Shown: positions 13,894-26,700, numbered from the stretch's first letter. The stretch is 64,000 nucleotides of DNA from Camelus dromedarius (GCF_036321535.1 NC_087447.1:44704001-44768000); one strand, 5' to 3'. Numbers and translations are program-made. The notes: generated from the sequence alone by a model not told the origin.

Positions 13894-15234
13894 CAATTTG
13901 TCTCTCTCACCGTTTCTTTGGAGGCAAATGATCAAGTTCTAATTTTCACTTGCTGCAGTCAGAGAGTAAATCTATGAAATCTGGAGAGGTTATAAAATTA
14001 GCTTCTGGAGCAGGGTTCTGGTATTTTCACAGCTAAGAATTAGGGGAGAAGCCTAGGAGGATCAGAAAATTTAATTAAACTATCACAACACGACCATGAG
14101 ACAGGTACTATAATTATCCTCAGTTCTCAGGAAACTGAGACTGAGAGAGATTAAGCAACTTGACCGAAGTGATACAGCCAATGAGTGGTGGCATCAAGGC
14201 TTGGGATTTAATTCCAGGTTGTCCAAATCCTGGCCATACTCTCAGTGATCCCATGGCACTGTCTCTCTGCTCATATTTCATTGTGAAAATCTTGCCAGTC
14301 ACACAGGCTATAAGATCTTCAGATTTCTTCCAATTTGGGAGGCCGTTGTAGGTTTCAGAATGCCATGGAAACCTCTCAGATCATGTGCCTCAGGGATGGG
14401 ACCTTTTTTGCAAAGGTGGAAAGCTTATGTGACACTACAATGTCTACCAGTAACATAATGAGTAATTTTGCAAATGAACAGAAAGGTTTTTTTCCTCCAC
14501 TCCTTTGCCTGGGTAAGAAGACAGCTAGAGATGTAAAAAATGACTAAGAAAGTGGCTTTCCTCCTTAGCTTAAGGATGAGGCTTTGACTTTCTGTCCCCG
14601 GACAGGCAGATTTCTATCACCATTAGTAGAAAGACATAAATGAAGAGTGTGAGGATGGGAAGTTGATGATTTGAGGGAAGGTAAAAAATAGTGCTATAGA
14701 TGGAACAGAAGCCATTTGATTAGGGGAGCATAGTAATGTTACGAGACAATTTTGGGTTTATAGGATTATTAGCTCTCTATTCCCATACTTGTACATTAAT
14801 CAGGATAAGTATCACTAGCTGCTTCAAGAAACAGTCCTGAAATATCAGTGACTTAACACCATTCAGGTTTATTTTTGGCCCTTGTCACTGTCCAGTGTGG
14901 ATCTGTGGTGAAAGAGAAGTGAGAGGGACACCAGGTGGATAGAGGTTCCATCACACTCAACTCATGACTCCCGAAGTTGCTGAGACCCAGATATCAGAAG
15001 AGGGTGGGGCAGGGGAGGGGCTCATGCAGATGACCTGGGCTGGGAAGCGGCTTTTATGCGCCAGGTCTGGAAACAGTACCCACTGCTACTGCCCAGATCC
15101 CCTTGGCAGGAAGTGGGACAAGGAGGCCTGGGGAATCTAGTTTGGCTATGGGCCAAGGAAGGAGAGGGAACAGGGCTCTTGGAGAGCACTGTAGCCCTTG
15201 TCACGATGTGCGACTCTCCAATGCCAGGTCTAAT

Positions 15235-15863
15235 TGCAATACAGGAAAACAGATGTGGGGCATGAGGGGGACTGTGTCCCAGGTCTCAGTTGAGCCCCGT
15301 GGGACGTGCCCCGCCAAGTGTGGGTCCTTGGCTTTGCGCAGGGAAGAATTCAAGAGCGAGCTGCAGTTGAGTGAAGGTAGATTTATTCAGAGAGATACAT
15401 TGAAAGGCAAGAGAAAGGCCACCAGGTGTGGGGGTTGGGTGCTCAGATTAAAAGTAGGTACACATTCCATAGACAGAATGTGGGCCATCTCCAAAGAGGG
15501 AGAGAGAGAAGCAGCCACAAGGTGCCATGTTGCCGGTTTTTATGGGCTTGGTGGCTTCATATGCTAATAAGTGGAAAGATCAGTCTAGCTAGCCTGGGGA
15601 AGGGGCTGGGATTCCCAGGAATTTGGCCGTTTCCCACTTTGACCTTTTGTGGCTAGCCTTGGGACTGCCATAGTGCCTGTGGGCATGTTATTCACCATGT
15701 TAATATATTACAATTGGCATATAATGAAGCTCAAGATCTACTAGAATTTAAATCTCTCATCATCCTGAGCCTCAAGGCCTACTGGGGTTGAATCTTTCAC
15801 CATTTTGATGTTAATTGCTGTGGCGTTCCTTGAGTGGCTGTGCCCTGCCCCCTTACTGTTTCA
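15235..15863 (-). mobile_element. Solo LTR (copy A of inverted pair)
   Basis: Near-identical reverse complement of 16579-17204; left boundary uncertain by about 2 nt. Confidence 0.9.
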
Positions 15864-16578
15864 ATTAGACTTATCTTGATATTCCCTCTCTGCTCTCTTC
15901 CATCCACACAGTATGAGGCCCACAGAAGCTCAGAGAATGTGTTGAATTTTTGAATGACTTAAGTGCTTGATAAGAATTCAAGCTTTCTGTTTTGACTTTG
16001 ATGCTTTTTTTACCACTTATATTTACGTGACCCACACTGTGAAAAACAGATCACTGTATTCAGTGGGAGAGGTCAGTGTGGGCTAAGAGGTCAAGAACAG
16101 CTTCAGGGGAAAGCAGTACCTGAACTGGGTTGTACTGGGTGCATGAGATTTGTCTAGACCAAGCAGAGGTGCTGCACCCTCCAAGCAAGTTTGCAAACAG
16201 ATTTGGGCTCAGATAATAACCATATTTATTTCCTTAAATTTATTTATTTTATTAATTAAATTTTTATTAGTTTTTTTTTAAAAAAAAGGCAACACATTCA
16301 CATGGTTCAAAACTCAAAAGGCACAAAAGGATATAGAATGAAAAAAAAAAAAAAATCCCTGCTCCCCACAGCCAGTTCCCTTTCCCAGAGGCAAACATTA
16401 TTACCAGGTTCTTTGGTATCTTTCCAGAGATCTTCTTCGAATACAAAAAGAAATATTTGGGAATGCCCATCTCTTAACAATCTCACCATTATCTTCGCTA
16501 ATCTGATAGGATAAAACTTACTTCAGAGTTGTTTTAGTTTGCATTTTCTCTTTTTGTAAGTGAGGTTGAGCATCTTTT

Positions 16579-17204
16579 TGAGACAGGAAGCGGGCAGGGC
16601 ACAGCCACTCAAGGAACGCCACAGCAATTAACATCAAAATGGTGAAAGATTCAACCCCAGTAGGCCTTGAGGCTCAGGATGATGAGAGATGTAAATTCTA
16701 GTAGATCTTGAGCTTCATTATATGCCAATTGTAATATATTAACATGGTGAATAACACACCCACAGGCACTATGGCAGTCCCAAGGCTAGCCACAAAAGGT
16801 CAAAGTGGGAAACGGCCAAATTCCTGGGAATCCCAGCCCCTTCCCCAGGCTAGCTAGACTGATCTTTCCACTTATTAGCATATGAAGCCACCAAGCCCAT
16901 AAAAACTGGCAACATGGCCCTTCGCAGCTGTCCCTCTGTCTCCCTCTTTGGAGATGGCCCACATTCTGTCTATGGAATGTGTACCTACTTTTAATCTGAG
17001 CACCCAACCCCCACACCTGGTGGCCTTTCTCTTGCCTTTCAATGTATCTCTCTGAATAAATCTACCTTCACTCAACTGCAGCTCGCTCTTGAATTCTTCC
17101 CTGCGCAAAGCCAAGGACCCACACTTGGCGGGGCACGTCCCAGGGGCTCAACTGAGACCTGGGACACAGCCCTCCTTGTGCACCACATCTGTTTTCCTGC
17201 ACCA
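16579..17204 (+). mobile_element. Solo LTR (copy B of inverted pair), inserted in an old antisense L1
   Basis: TG...CA termini, TSD TTTT; flanks rejoin as L1-like gttgagcatcttttcatat; AATAAA at 17055. Confidence 0.9.
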
Positions 17205-17317
17205 TTTTCATATTTGAGCCATCAGTACATTCTTTAGCTATTGGATTATTATTACTATTCTGGTAGTATTATTATTATTAATTTCCAGGAGCTTCTCCTA
17301 TACTGGAGAAATTAAGC

Positions 17318-17748
17318 TGTTATGGAAACGACAGGCCAGCAAGAAACAAGCACCACTCGGAGGGTTGGAGTATTCAGATGTATTACGCCGGCGGGCTCAG
17401 AGGGGCTTCTGCTCCGAAGCTCTGAGCACCTCCAAGACGTGCGCATGAGGATTTATAGGGTTAATTACAAGCTTGGGGTATTCGGCCAATAGGCATGGAA
17501 CAGCTTTAGCAGCATCATTATCACAAAAGTAGAGGCAGGGAGGCAGCAAGCCAACATTTCAAGGCCAGATATGTCTCTTTGAAAATCCAGCTGGCTAGCA
17601 AAAAAAACATGAATGGGGAATCAGCAAACCGACACTAATTAACTTAGATTTACGAGTTAACCCAGCAGGACTCAGATCAGTAATCCGACACTTGTTACAC
17701 TTAGATTTGTGAGTTAGCTTGTTAGTCCAGCCTGGCTTTTCCTTCACA
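17318..17748 (-). mobile_element. CpG-rich solo LTR
   Basis: TG...CA termini, perfect TSD AAGC, minus-strand TATAAA near 17452. Confidence 0.85.
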
Positions 17749-18632
17749 AAGCCTTTATCACTAATAAAAGTTTCAATTTTTTTTCCAGTTTGATTTTTTG
17801 TTTTTTCTCTTTTGTTTTTGCCATTTCTATTTTACATTGTTAAAATTTTGATCTTTTCTTTTATGGGTTGTAAGTTCTGTGACATACCTAGGAAGATCTT
17901 CCATACTCCAAGAATCATGCTAGAAAAATCCTGTGCTTTCTTTTGAGGGGAGGAAGTAGGGACTATGGCAGACGTAGCTCCGATACAGATTTGGGATGAC
18001 CATCGGGGCAGCACTGCTGGCCCAGCCAGTCCCAGGCACCAGAGGAGACAGCAGACTCTGAAGAAGGCACTCCAAGGCTGCATCCCCCAAGTCGTGGGGT
18101 CGGGGCAGGGGCCTTGCTTGTAGGAGTCTAAAAGCCATGCTAGAATGCAGAGATCCACTCCTAACCAAGGCGAAAAAGTAAAATAAGGGGAGGCTAGCTG
18201 TCCACAAAGTGATGAGAAAGATCTGCTGCCTCTTTGGGGATCTTTTTTGGGTCAGCTTGACCCAGAATCAGGCATCCCTGCACCCCGTGAGGGCCAGGTG
18301 ATCTCAGCCATGCTCATTGCCTCAAATACTTTTTCTATGCTGATGATTCCAGACTTATATCTCCAGTTTCCACCTCTGAGTTCAGACATCTCTAACTTAA
18401 CCATGTCAAGAATGGAACTTTTGATCTTTCTTTCTGAATTGGGCAGTCTTCTAGTCCTCTCTATCTGGGGATTAGGTGCCTCAACCAACAATATTATTTG
18501 TACCAGAAACTTGAGTCATCTTTGACTTCTCATCTCCCTTTATCTCTCAGTTTCATTCATCACCAAGTCCTGTCTATTTCTCCTCCCAAATCTAGCCTAA
18601 AACCTGCCTCTGCTAAGTACCTCTGAAGCTAC

Positions 18633-19118
18633 TGTTGACTGAAATAAATGCACAGCCTAAAACTTGACAGTTATATTTGACAGATATTTCTGAGGACTTG
18701 AACCCCTCCGAGCCCAGGATGACAGCCTCCCAGATCACTCTGAGGGACTGCTCTGAAGAGGTAGGGCAGGAGCTAGGATATACAGGAGCTTTACAACAAA
18801 GACCAGGTAGTTGGAACAATAAAAGATTAACTAAAGAAATCAAGGCATCTCAAGTTAAAGAATTTAGTGCTTTTCTATGTAAGGGAGGAAGCAAACATTT
18901 GGGCTCATTGAATTCATTCCTTTGACAAGCACCCAGCTATCTAGGGCCAGTATCCTGTCCTTAATAATTCTGAGTCCCCTCAGGGTGCACCATTGTGAGT
19001 GGCTGCAGAGGCCGGGCTGCAGGCTTGTCTTCACTGGGGAGTGGCGGCAGCCGCTGATGACTTGATGGCTTCAGCATTCTTTGTTTACTGATATGGTTTG
19101 CACAATTTTTCGTTCACA
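18633..19118 (-). mobile_element. ERV1-type solo LTR (same family as 6467-6972)
   Basis: tgttgactgaaataaatgcaca...ttcaca mirrors the 6467 LTR; no TSD match. Confidence 0.8.
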
Positions 19119-19274
19119 GGCAGGGACCCAGGAGTAAAGGCAAAACAGGATGGAAAGCCTGGGTGACCGGAGGCCTCTCCCTTGATATCTCTGGGGGCTG
19201 AGGATAGATAGGGAAACATGCTTGACTCTTGGGCAGCCCAGAGTCCCCCAAATGCAGCTCTATATGCCCGCTGG

Positions 19275-19680
19275 GCTCTGAGTCAGGGCCCCCAGCTACT
19301 GAGCTGCACAAGGTCCGGAATGAGGGACTGCAGGTCGCTGAGGGGCCCTGGTCTCTGGGAGTGGTGAGCTGCAGGTCCTGTCATGGGGTGGCCCTGGTGG
19401 GAGGCCCTAGTCGCTGTGGGGCTTGAGTAAGCGGTTCTGGCCGTTGAAACCCAAGTGAAGTTTTCTGGTCATTATGGGCCCTGAGATAGAGGCCCTGGTC
19501 ATGGGGGGTGGGGTGGGACTGGGGGCTGAGTGAGGGCCTGATCTCCGAGGACCTTTCCCAGAGGCCATGGCCACTGAAGGACTTGAGCAGGGGGCTTCTG
19601 ATCACTGAAGTCTGAGTGAGGGGCCCTGGTCACTGGGGGCTTACGGGGGAGGCCACCATATTAACTCTGAGCTGAGGTGC
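19275..19680. repeat. Degenerate ~29-bp minisatellite (approx. CTGGTCACTGAGGGGTCTGAGTGAGGGCC)
   Basis: Recurrent ggccctggtca / cactga / ctgagtgaggg units. Confidence 0.65.
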
Positions 19681-19760
19681 ATGGGGAAGGCTTCCCAGTA
19701 GCCCTGATCTGTCCAGCACGCTCTGCATGTTTCTGGCCTGACCAGCATGGCTCAGAACAG

Positions 19761-19774
19761 CCAGCAGATGGCAC
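19761..19774 (+). promoter_or_regulatory. CTCF core motif
   Basis: CCAGCAGATGGCAC matches CCASYAGRKGGCRS exactly. Confidence 0.65.
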
Positions 19775-21702
19775 TGTGGCCTCACATGTGGTCAGGACTC
19801 GATGGCGGGGAGGGCGGTGGCCTCGGGCAAACAGTCCTTGAGGGGAGAAGCTCAGCTGAGACAGGCTCAGGTGCAGCCTCTACCAGCTTTGGGACCTGCG
19901 GAGGTGGGGGTAGGGTGGGGCAAGGGACCCCTGGGGGAAAGGGTTGAGGGGTGGGTGGGGTGGTGGGGGTAGTTAGACTCTGAGCAAACTCCCTGGAGTG
20001 ATGGCCCCAGGCAGATCCCCTGGAAGCGGAGAATTCCATGCTGTGGTTTAGGAGACCTGGGCCTGTTTCATACCCCACAAGCCAGGACAGCCTGGATCAA
20101 TAGCTCTGGAGCTCAGAGGAAACTGCTCCAAATCCGGCCTCACACACCCAGGTGCACTGTCCCCTCTGGACTGGTCCAGCCATCCCTGTCCACAGAGCAG
20201 GACAAACCAAGATCCGCCCTGAACATTACAGAGACTGTTTCCCAGCATTTGGTGTCCCGTGAAACCCAAACAGAATCAGAGCCTGGACCTTATCAGAGTC
20301 AGGGCTCGTCAGAGCCGAGAACTTGTTGATACCTCACATACCGGGGCTTGGTCATGGTCCAGAACCGTGTCACATGCCGGGGCTGTGTCATATCCCAGAC
20401 ACAGGCACAGAGCAGGCCTCTGTCATCCTGCAGAAAAAGGCACACCCCTGGACCCCATCACCCTTTGTATACGGAACAACCCGGGCCTTGATCCTGTGTA
20501 TACTGGCACTTCCCGGGGGTCCCGTCACAGTCCAAGCTTGGCCCTGAGCTATGAGAGTATCTGCTGTGTGACAGCTGAGCTGTGACAGTATTTGGGTACA
20601 CAACCAAGCCCAGGCAAGTGCCTGGATTTGAGCGATGACAGGGCCCTGGGCTGTGACTTTATTCACAGAGTGCAGTAGCTGGTCTCAGAACTTGCACCTG
20701 TGAGCTTGGCCGTCATCCACAAGAATCCATGATTAGCATCTGTAACAATCATGGCGACAAGTGCTGAGAGGATACAGAATGTATAAAGCAGTGCTTTGCC
20801 AGCTCTCTGTGGTAAAAGACTAGTTTAGTTTTTTTTTAAATTCCCACTTTGGAGCCGCTGAAGACTGACACTTTGTAAAGTGGAATTAAATTGCTAGGAA
20901 AAGGAAACTGAAAAAAAGCCATGCAAAATATAAGCCTATATTTTAAAGAATAGACGGTTTGTTTTGGGATAATTGTAAGTTTACAGAAAAGTTGGAAAGA
21001 GAGTAGGGAGTTGCTGTGTAGTCCTCACCCAGCGTCCCCCGAGCTAACATCTTAGATAACCCAGGTACATTTGTCAAGACTAATAAATCAGCCTCATACC
21101 ATTAACTGAACTACAGGCTCTCCTTGGATTTCAGCGGTTTTCCTGCTAATGTGTTCTTTCTGTTTCAGGATCGAATCCAGGATACCACACTGCATGTAAT
21201 GCACTTTTTATTATTAGGTGCAAATGACATATAATTCTTCTGCCAGATTGTTATAAAAGTTTCTAAGCACTTACTCTTAATGTCTGAACTTACCTCGTCA
21301 TGGACGGGTAACAATATGTGGCCTGTCACAGGTATCGGCCAACCTTGAGTAGCACTGGAATAAAGAATAGTCACCATGTTTATGGTGGGGCGTCAGGGGA
21401 GTGGGTCAGGTAGAGGCAGCCGGCATGAACAACCGGACCACAGGGTACAGAGGAAGGAAAGATGGCAGCCAGCCGGTGGGCCTTGGGCATGGCCTGCTTG
21501 GAACAAAATAGAAATGGGAAACTTTCGGGAAAGAAGCCGCAAAAGAAACCCAGTAAGGCTGTTGTCCTGCATTTGTGTGCACTGTACTGAACTTCCGTGC
21601 AAGTACTGGCAACAAGCAGGAGATCTGGGTGCCTACGTATGAGCTCATTGAGCTACACTGATGTCTGGGTGGTGAACTTAGGACTTGAAAAGACAGTGTT
21701 GT

Positions 21703-22425
21703 GGAGAATGTAAACTGGTGCAGCCGCTATGGAGAACAGCATGGAGATTCCTTAAAAAATTGAAAACAGAGTTACCATATGATCCAGCAATCCCACTCCT
21801 GAACATGTATCTGGAGAAAACTGTAATTCAAAAAGACACACATGCACCCCAATGTACATAGTAGCACTACTTACAATAGCCAAGACATGGAAGCAACCTA
21901 AATGTCCATCGACAGATAAAAAAGTTGTGGTGTATATACACAATAGACTACTAGTCAACCATAAAAAAGAATAAAATAATGCCATTTGCAGCAGCATGAA
22001 TGGACCTGGAGATCATTATACTAAGTGAAGCCAGAAAGAGAAAGAAAGATACCACATGATATCACTCATATGTGGAATCTGAAAAAAAAAAAAGAAAAAA
22101 GGAAAAAGGACACAAATGGAATGAACTTATTTACAAAATAGAGAAGACAGACTTACAGACACAGAAAACAAACTTATAGTTACTAGTGGAGAGAGAATGA
22201 GGCGGGATACATTGGGAGTTAGGAATTTGTAAATACACACTACTATATATAAAATAGATAAACAACAAGATCCTACTGTATAGCACAGGGAACTATAATC
22301 GATATCTTGTAATAACCGATAATGGAAAAGAATCTAAAAAAAGAATGTATGTGTGTATACATACAACTGAATCACTCCACTGTACACCTGGAACTAACAC
22401 AGCATTGTAAATCAACTGTACTTCA

Positions 22426-22458
<33 letters not shown>
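21703..22458 (+). mobile_element. 5'-truncated L1 (ORF2 end, 3'UTR, polyA)
   Basis: ORF2 C-terminal DNA (ccatatgatccagcaatcccact), long A tail, TSD aaaagacagtg(t/c)tgt. Confidence 0.9.
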
Positions 22459-22460
<2 letters not shown>

Positions 22461-23205
22461 CAGTGCTGTGTGTGGGCTCAGAGATTCCAAGGTCTGACCC
22501 GGGCCCCTGCCAGTCTGAGGACTCCAGTGAGCCAGCACAGTCTTAGGAACACTTAGGTCTAGGATTGCACGACTGGGCACCAGGAAGCACAAAGGTTCAG
22601 GGACGGCAAAGTTCCTCCCAGGAAGGAGGAGACCTGGGCAAAGTGGACATGCCCGTGCTCCTGTGTTGGGACCCAGGCCCCCAGCAAGTGTGTCATGTGA
22701 ACACTCTGGGCCGTAGGTTCCCGTGCATGCAGTGGGGTAAGTGATGCATCAGCTCAAGGAGGAGTCTGAGAATGAGAGGAGAGTCATAGGGAAGCACTGC
22801 CAGGATATCTGGCACGGAGCAGGAGCTCCCCTTTCCTGCTCAGGGTGGACCAGCTACAGTCATCAGTTTCCCCACCTTCACGTCTTTCCTTTCCTCTCGG
22901 AAGCTGGAATCGAGCTTCCAGTAGAGGTTGCCTGGCCCAGGGCCCATCATATTCCAGATTCTCCAGCCTCCTCCTCTTTGCATTAGTGCCCACTGACCCC
23001 TTAGGTGTTGGAGGAAGCCCCCGGCCTTCTCTAGGCCTTCCCTCCACCACCTCTAAGACCGCTCAACACACCTCACTCTCCACCATCATCGCTTAATTAA
23101 CCTTGAGGACAGTGATGGCAGAAACTGAGCCCGTCTTATTCTGCACTCTCTTTCCAGCACCAACAAGTTCCTGGCCCATAGTCGATGTTTCATAAATATT
23201 TGTTG

Positions 23206-23328
23206 GGGTGGGGAGGGTATAGCTCAAGTGGTAGAGTGCATGAGGTCCTGGGTTCCACCCTCAGTACCTCCTCTGAACACAAATAAATAGACCTAATTAC
23301 GCTCCCCACCACAACAAAAACAAAAAAT
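23206..23328 (+). mobile_element. tRNA-Ala-derived SINE
   Basis: ggggagggtatagctcaagtggtagag..., TSD ataaatatttgttg. Confidence 0.85.
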
Positions 23329-23490
23329 ATAAATATTTGTTGAATGAATAAATGGGAGGAAAATATGTGATTTCTTCCTTTAAACAATTTTGAGTATAGG
23401 TAACAGAGTAACACAGGACGTACAATCAATCAAGTGTCAAAATAGTCGTTTCTCGGAACTGAACAGGTTGCCTGGAAAGGAGATGGTTCT

Positions 23491-23787
23491 GGGGGAAGGT
23501 ATAGCTTCTCACCAGGTCCTGGTTTCAATCCCCAGTACCGGCACTAAAAATAAATATAGACCTAAATACCTCCCTTCCCAGGAAAAAAGCTAAAAAAAAA
23601 AAAAAAAAAAAAAAAAAGAAAAGAAAAAAAATAAAGTCATTTGCAGGGGAGGGTATAGCTCAGTAGAGTATGCGCTTAGCATGCGCGAGGTCTTGAGTTC
23701 AAACCCCAGAATCTCCATTTAAATAAATAAATAAATGAATAAACCTAATTACCTCCTCCCCCTAAAAAAACAAATTAAAAAATAAAA
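23491..23787 (+). mobile_element. Tandem (dimeric) tRNA-Ala-derived SINE
   Basis: Two SINE heads (23491, 23646) inside one TSD agatgg(t/c)tctg. Confidence 0.75.
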
Positions 23788-26700
23788 GATGGCTCTGATA
23801 GACATGAGTTCAGTATACAATAAAGGTGGAATGAAAAATCATTGGCAAAGGAAGAAGTTTATTCCATACATGGCCTGGGAAAACTGGCTAACACCGAAGA
23901 AAACTAAGCTACATCCTTTCCTCACACTGTATACCAGGCACTTCCCAGACTAACTAAACAGCTTTCAAAGCCTCGGGAACAGTAACCTATTCATCACATT
24001 TCTGGAAGGAAGGAATTTTCCATCTTAGAAGTAACAGAAGCAGTCACAGGGAGAGATTAACTGACTTGACTATAGAACGATTTTAAACCTTTGCACGTTA
24101 AAAAAATAAAAGGTAACCCAGTCAGCTACAGCAAGAACTTTCATAAATTGAGTTTAGAAGAATACATGCAAGCCCCAGTGAATAAACTGGCAGAGTATGT
24201 GATCAGATGGTTTCCAAAAAAGGAAAGACATGAAATAGTGCTTAATCTTAACAATTATAGATTACATTAATAATCTAATGAAAAATTTAATAATCGAGTA
24301 AGATATATAATATATCAATGTACAAATAATCTAACAATTATTATATGATATATAATATATACTATTTTATATATACTATGTGTACTATATATAATGAGTT
24401 TAATAATCTACGAGGAGGAGGTCCACGGCAGCCTAAGGAGTCAGGGAAGGTTTCACGGGGAGGAGCTTGTTCTGGAAGACATAGCTTTATGGAGATGGAG
24501 GGAGCAGTGTCACACACAGGGGTGGCATTTCCTGCTTACTCGCCTCTCCTGGCTTCTCTCTGACTTTGCAGGGCTTTGGAGGCCTTGAGGTGGACACTCT
24601 CCTTGGTGTCTCTCTGGCCACCATTATCCATTAGTAACAGAAAGGACTTTCTTCATGGAAACAAACCACCATGGCACCTCAGGGAGGTCTAGCCCAGGGG
24701 TGTCCTGAGGGACAATTCTGTGACAGTGGGGTCAGGAGCTGGCCGAGGACCCTGACTTTTCCCATCTCGCTGCCCCCAGCAACCTTGGAGTTTTCTGACT
24801 TAAAAGCCAGCTGCCAGCCCACCGTTGCCCCCACTGCCGAACGGGGGCTCAGCTGCTCCTTTTTTATAACTCTCCTGGGAACGTGAACAAAACTTTCTTT
24901 AATTCCTCTGAGCACAGCTCAAACTGGCCTTTCCATTTCAGAGTCTTTTCTTTCTGTGACTTTTAATAAATATCTTGAAAAAAATTAAGCAAGCAATATA
25001 TATTCATTGGAGAAAGTAAGCAGATCGCTGGCATTTCGGGAAGTTTTTCTGAAGAACCGGGAGGAAGAAAACAGAAAATCTAAATCGTTCACCAATAGTC
25101 AAATCTCCCAGCACAGCCTGTGGATTCCACAAGGAAACCCAGACCCACCATGAGGCTTGAGCTGATTTTCTCTCCAAGTTCCAGACATGAGGAAATCCGG
25201 TGCCTCCAATCCTTCCACGTGGGAGAGGTCTCCTGACATCACTGTTGCCTTCAGGCTGCAAAACCCCGATTTATAAATATAAATCTGCTCCCTCTGCTCA
25301 GCCTCCCACTCAGCCTCCTTTCTGGTCTAAGGAGCGTGACTCATCCTCAGCCTCATGCAACAGCCATTCTCAATCTTTTCTCCACTTACCACGTGCGATG
25401 GATGGCATCCGTATTCATACGCACTCTCAAAGGTTAAACCCAATTTTATCTAAGCCCGGGAAGGATTTTTGCAGGAAGTGAAAGCCAATAGTAAAAATAA
25501 TCATTACATCTCAGTGCAACATGAAGATTTGAAATTGGCATGCCCATCGGTGTGTTAGCGATCTGCCCACTCTTGACTGCTGCACATGTAGCACAGGCTT
25601 TGGAGGAGCAGTTCTTGGGTACTGGCTGTGAAGCCACCTCTTCCTCTCCCAAAGTAGCGAGGGTGACATTATTATAGGGACAACCTTAGAAGTGGGTCAC
25701 CACTAAGTCTCATGCTTGTAGTTTTTCTAGCAATCACTGTGTTTTGTTGTATGTCTGTTTTCCCAATTAAACTTTTGTGTTAGTTATTGTATCCATAGCA
25801 CCCAGCAAAGTGCCTGACATTAATCAGTGGGCAACGATTGAATGAATGGGTGAATGAGCTCATTTTGCTGTAAGGCGGGTTGCCTTTTGCTCTGATCCTA
25901 AGGAATCCCAACTTCCTTCTCATCCTGTGTTCCCAGTTGGTGCCACCAGCAGCCCTCTGCTGCTCCATTTTCCAAACCTAGTTAGCTTTCTTGTTTGACT
26001 TATTTGTGCTAGTCTAACATCCCAGCCCTGACACCTCGGCCCTGTTTCCTGGGCTCCTTTATCCAAGGTTCATCTTTTCCAGTCATCAAGAGTCTTGGAG
26101 ATCTTCTCAAGAACTTTATTCAGAGTGAGAATTTCTCCAGGTTTCTTCTTCTGCCAGCAGGAGCTCTAAGTTGGCTCTCCACATAGATTTTGACACTTTG
26201 ACAGTATATTAATGCCTTATCTACTTTTATATCACCCAGAGTAGGTAGCACAGGCCTACATACATGGTAGGTCCGTCTCCTTTATAGCATGTACTACAAT
26301 TTTTATTAAGTAAGTGACCATGTAGTTTGTCTAAAATCTGTATCTCCCATTTGGAGGCAAATTCCAAAAGGTCAGGTTCTGTTTTATTCACTGCTGTGTC
26401 CTCAACATCTAGCACAAGGCCAATACATAGCAGAGCCCAATAAAGATGTGTGGCAAGAATGTACGGACAAATGAATGAATGAATGCATATATGAATTAGT
26501 AGATTGAATGACTGACCCATTATGACTTTAATAAACTGAGGTTGGTTTCATTTTTCTGAAAGGAAGCCTTAAATGCTGAAGGTTCTGTTTGTGAAAGGGA
26601 AAAACAGGCTTTGGGGCAGTTGGAGACCAGAAGAGTGGTTAACGCTTAAAGGGACACTGTGGGCAGCAAAGTCAAGTGGAGGGGACCCCGGCCTGGGCCA

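Noticed and set aside
15228..15870. Inverted 7-nt flanks (gtctaat / attagac) around LTR copy A, suggesting an inversion
   Set aside because: Copy B retains a proper TSD and contiguous host L1, so recombination between the pair did not swap flanks; probably a palindromic target or boundary decay.
15103..17114. Duplicated ORFs (e.g. 154 aa at 15103 and 79 aa at 16875)
   Set aside because: Incidental frames within the two LTR copies.
18040..18105. HDLGDAALECLLQSLLSP resembles one RNH1/NLRP leucine-rich repeat; another frame looks like a signal peptide
   Set aside because: Single short motif, no LxxLxL prefix, no neighbouring repeats or supporting exons.
19787..19895. Minus-strand exon candidate near the first CTCF site
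   Set aside because: The acceptor is just the complement of the G-rich tract, the donor is weak and the peptide is unrecognised.
23646..23717. tRNA-Ala(AGC)-like sequences here and elsewhere
   Set aside because: Broken stems, A-rich tails and TSDs show these are SINEs, not tRNA genes.
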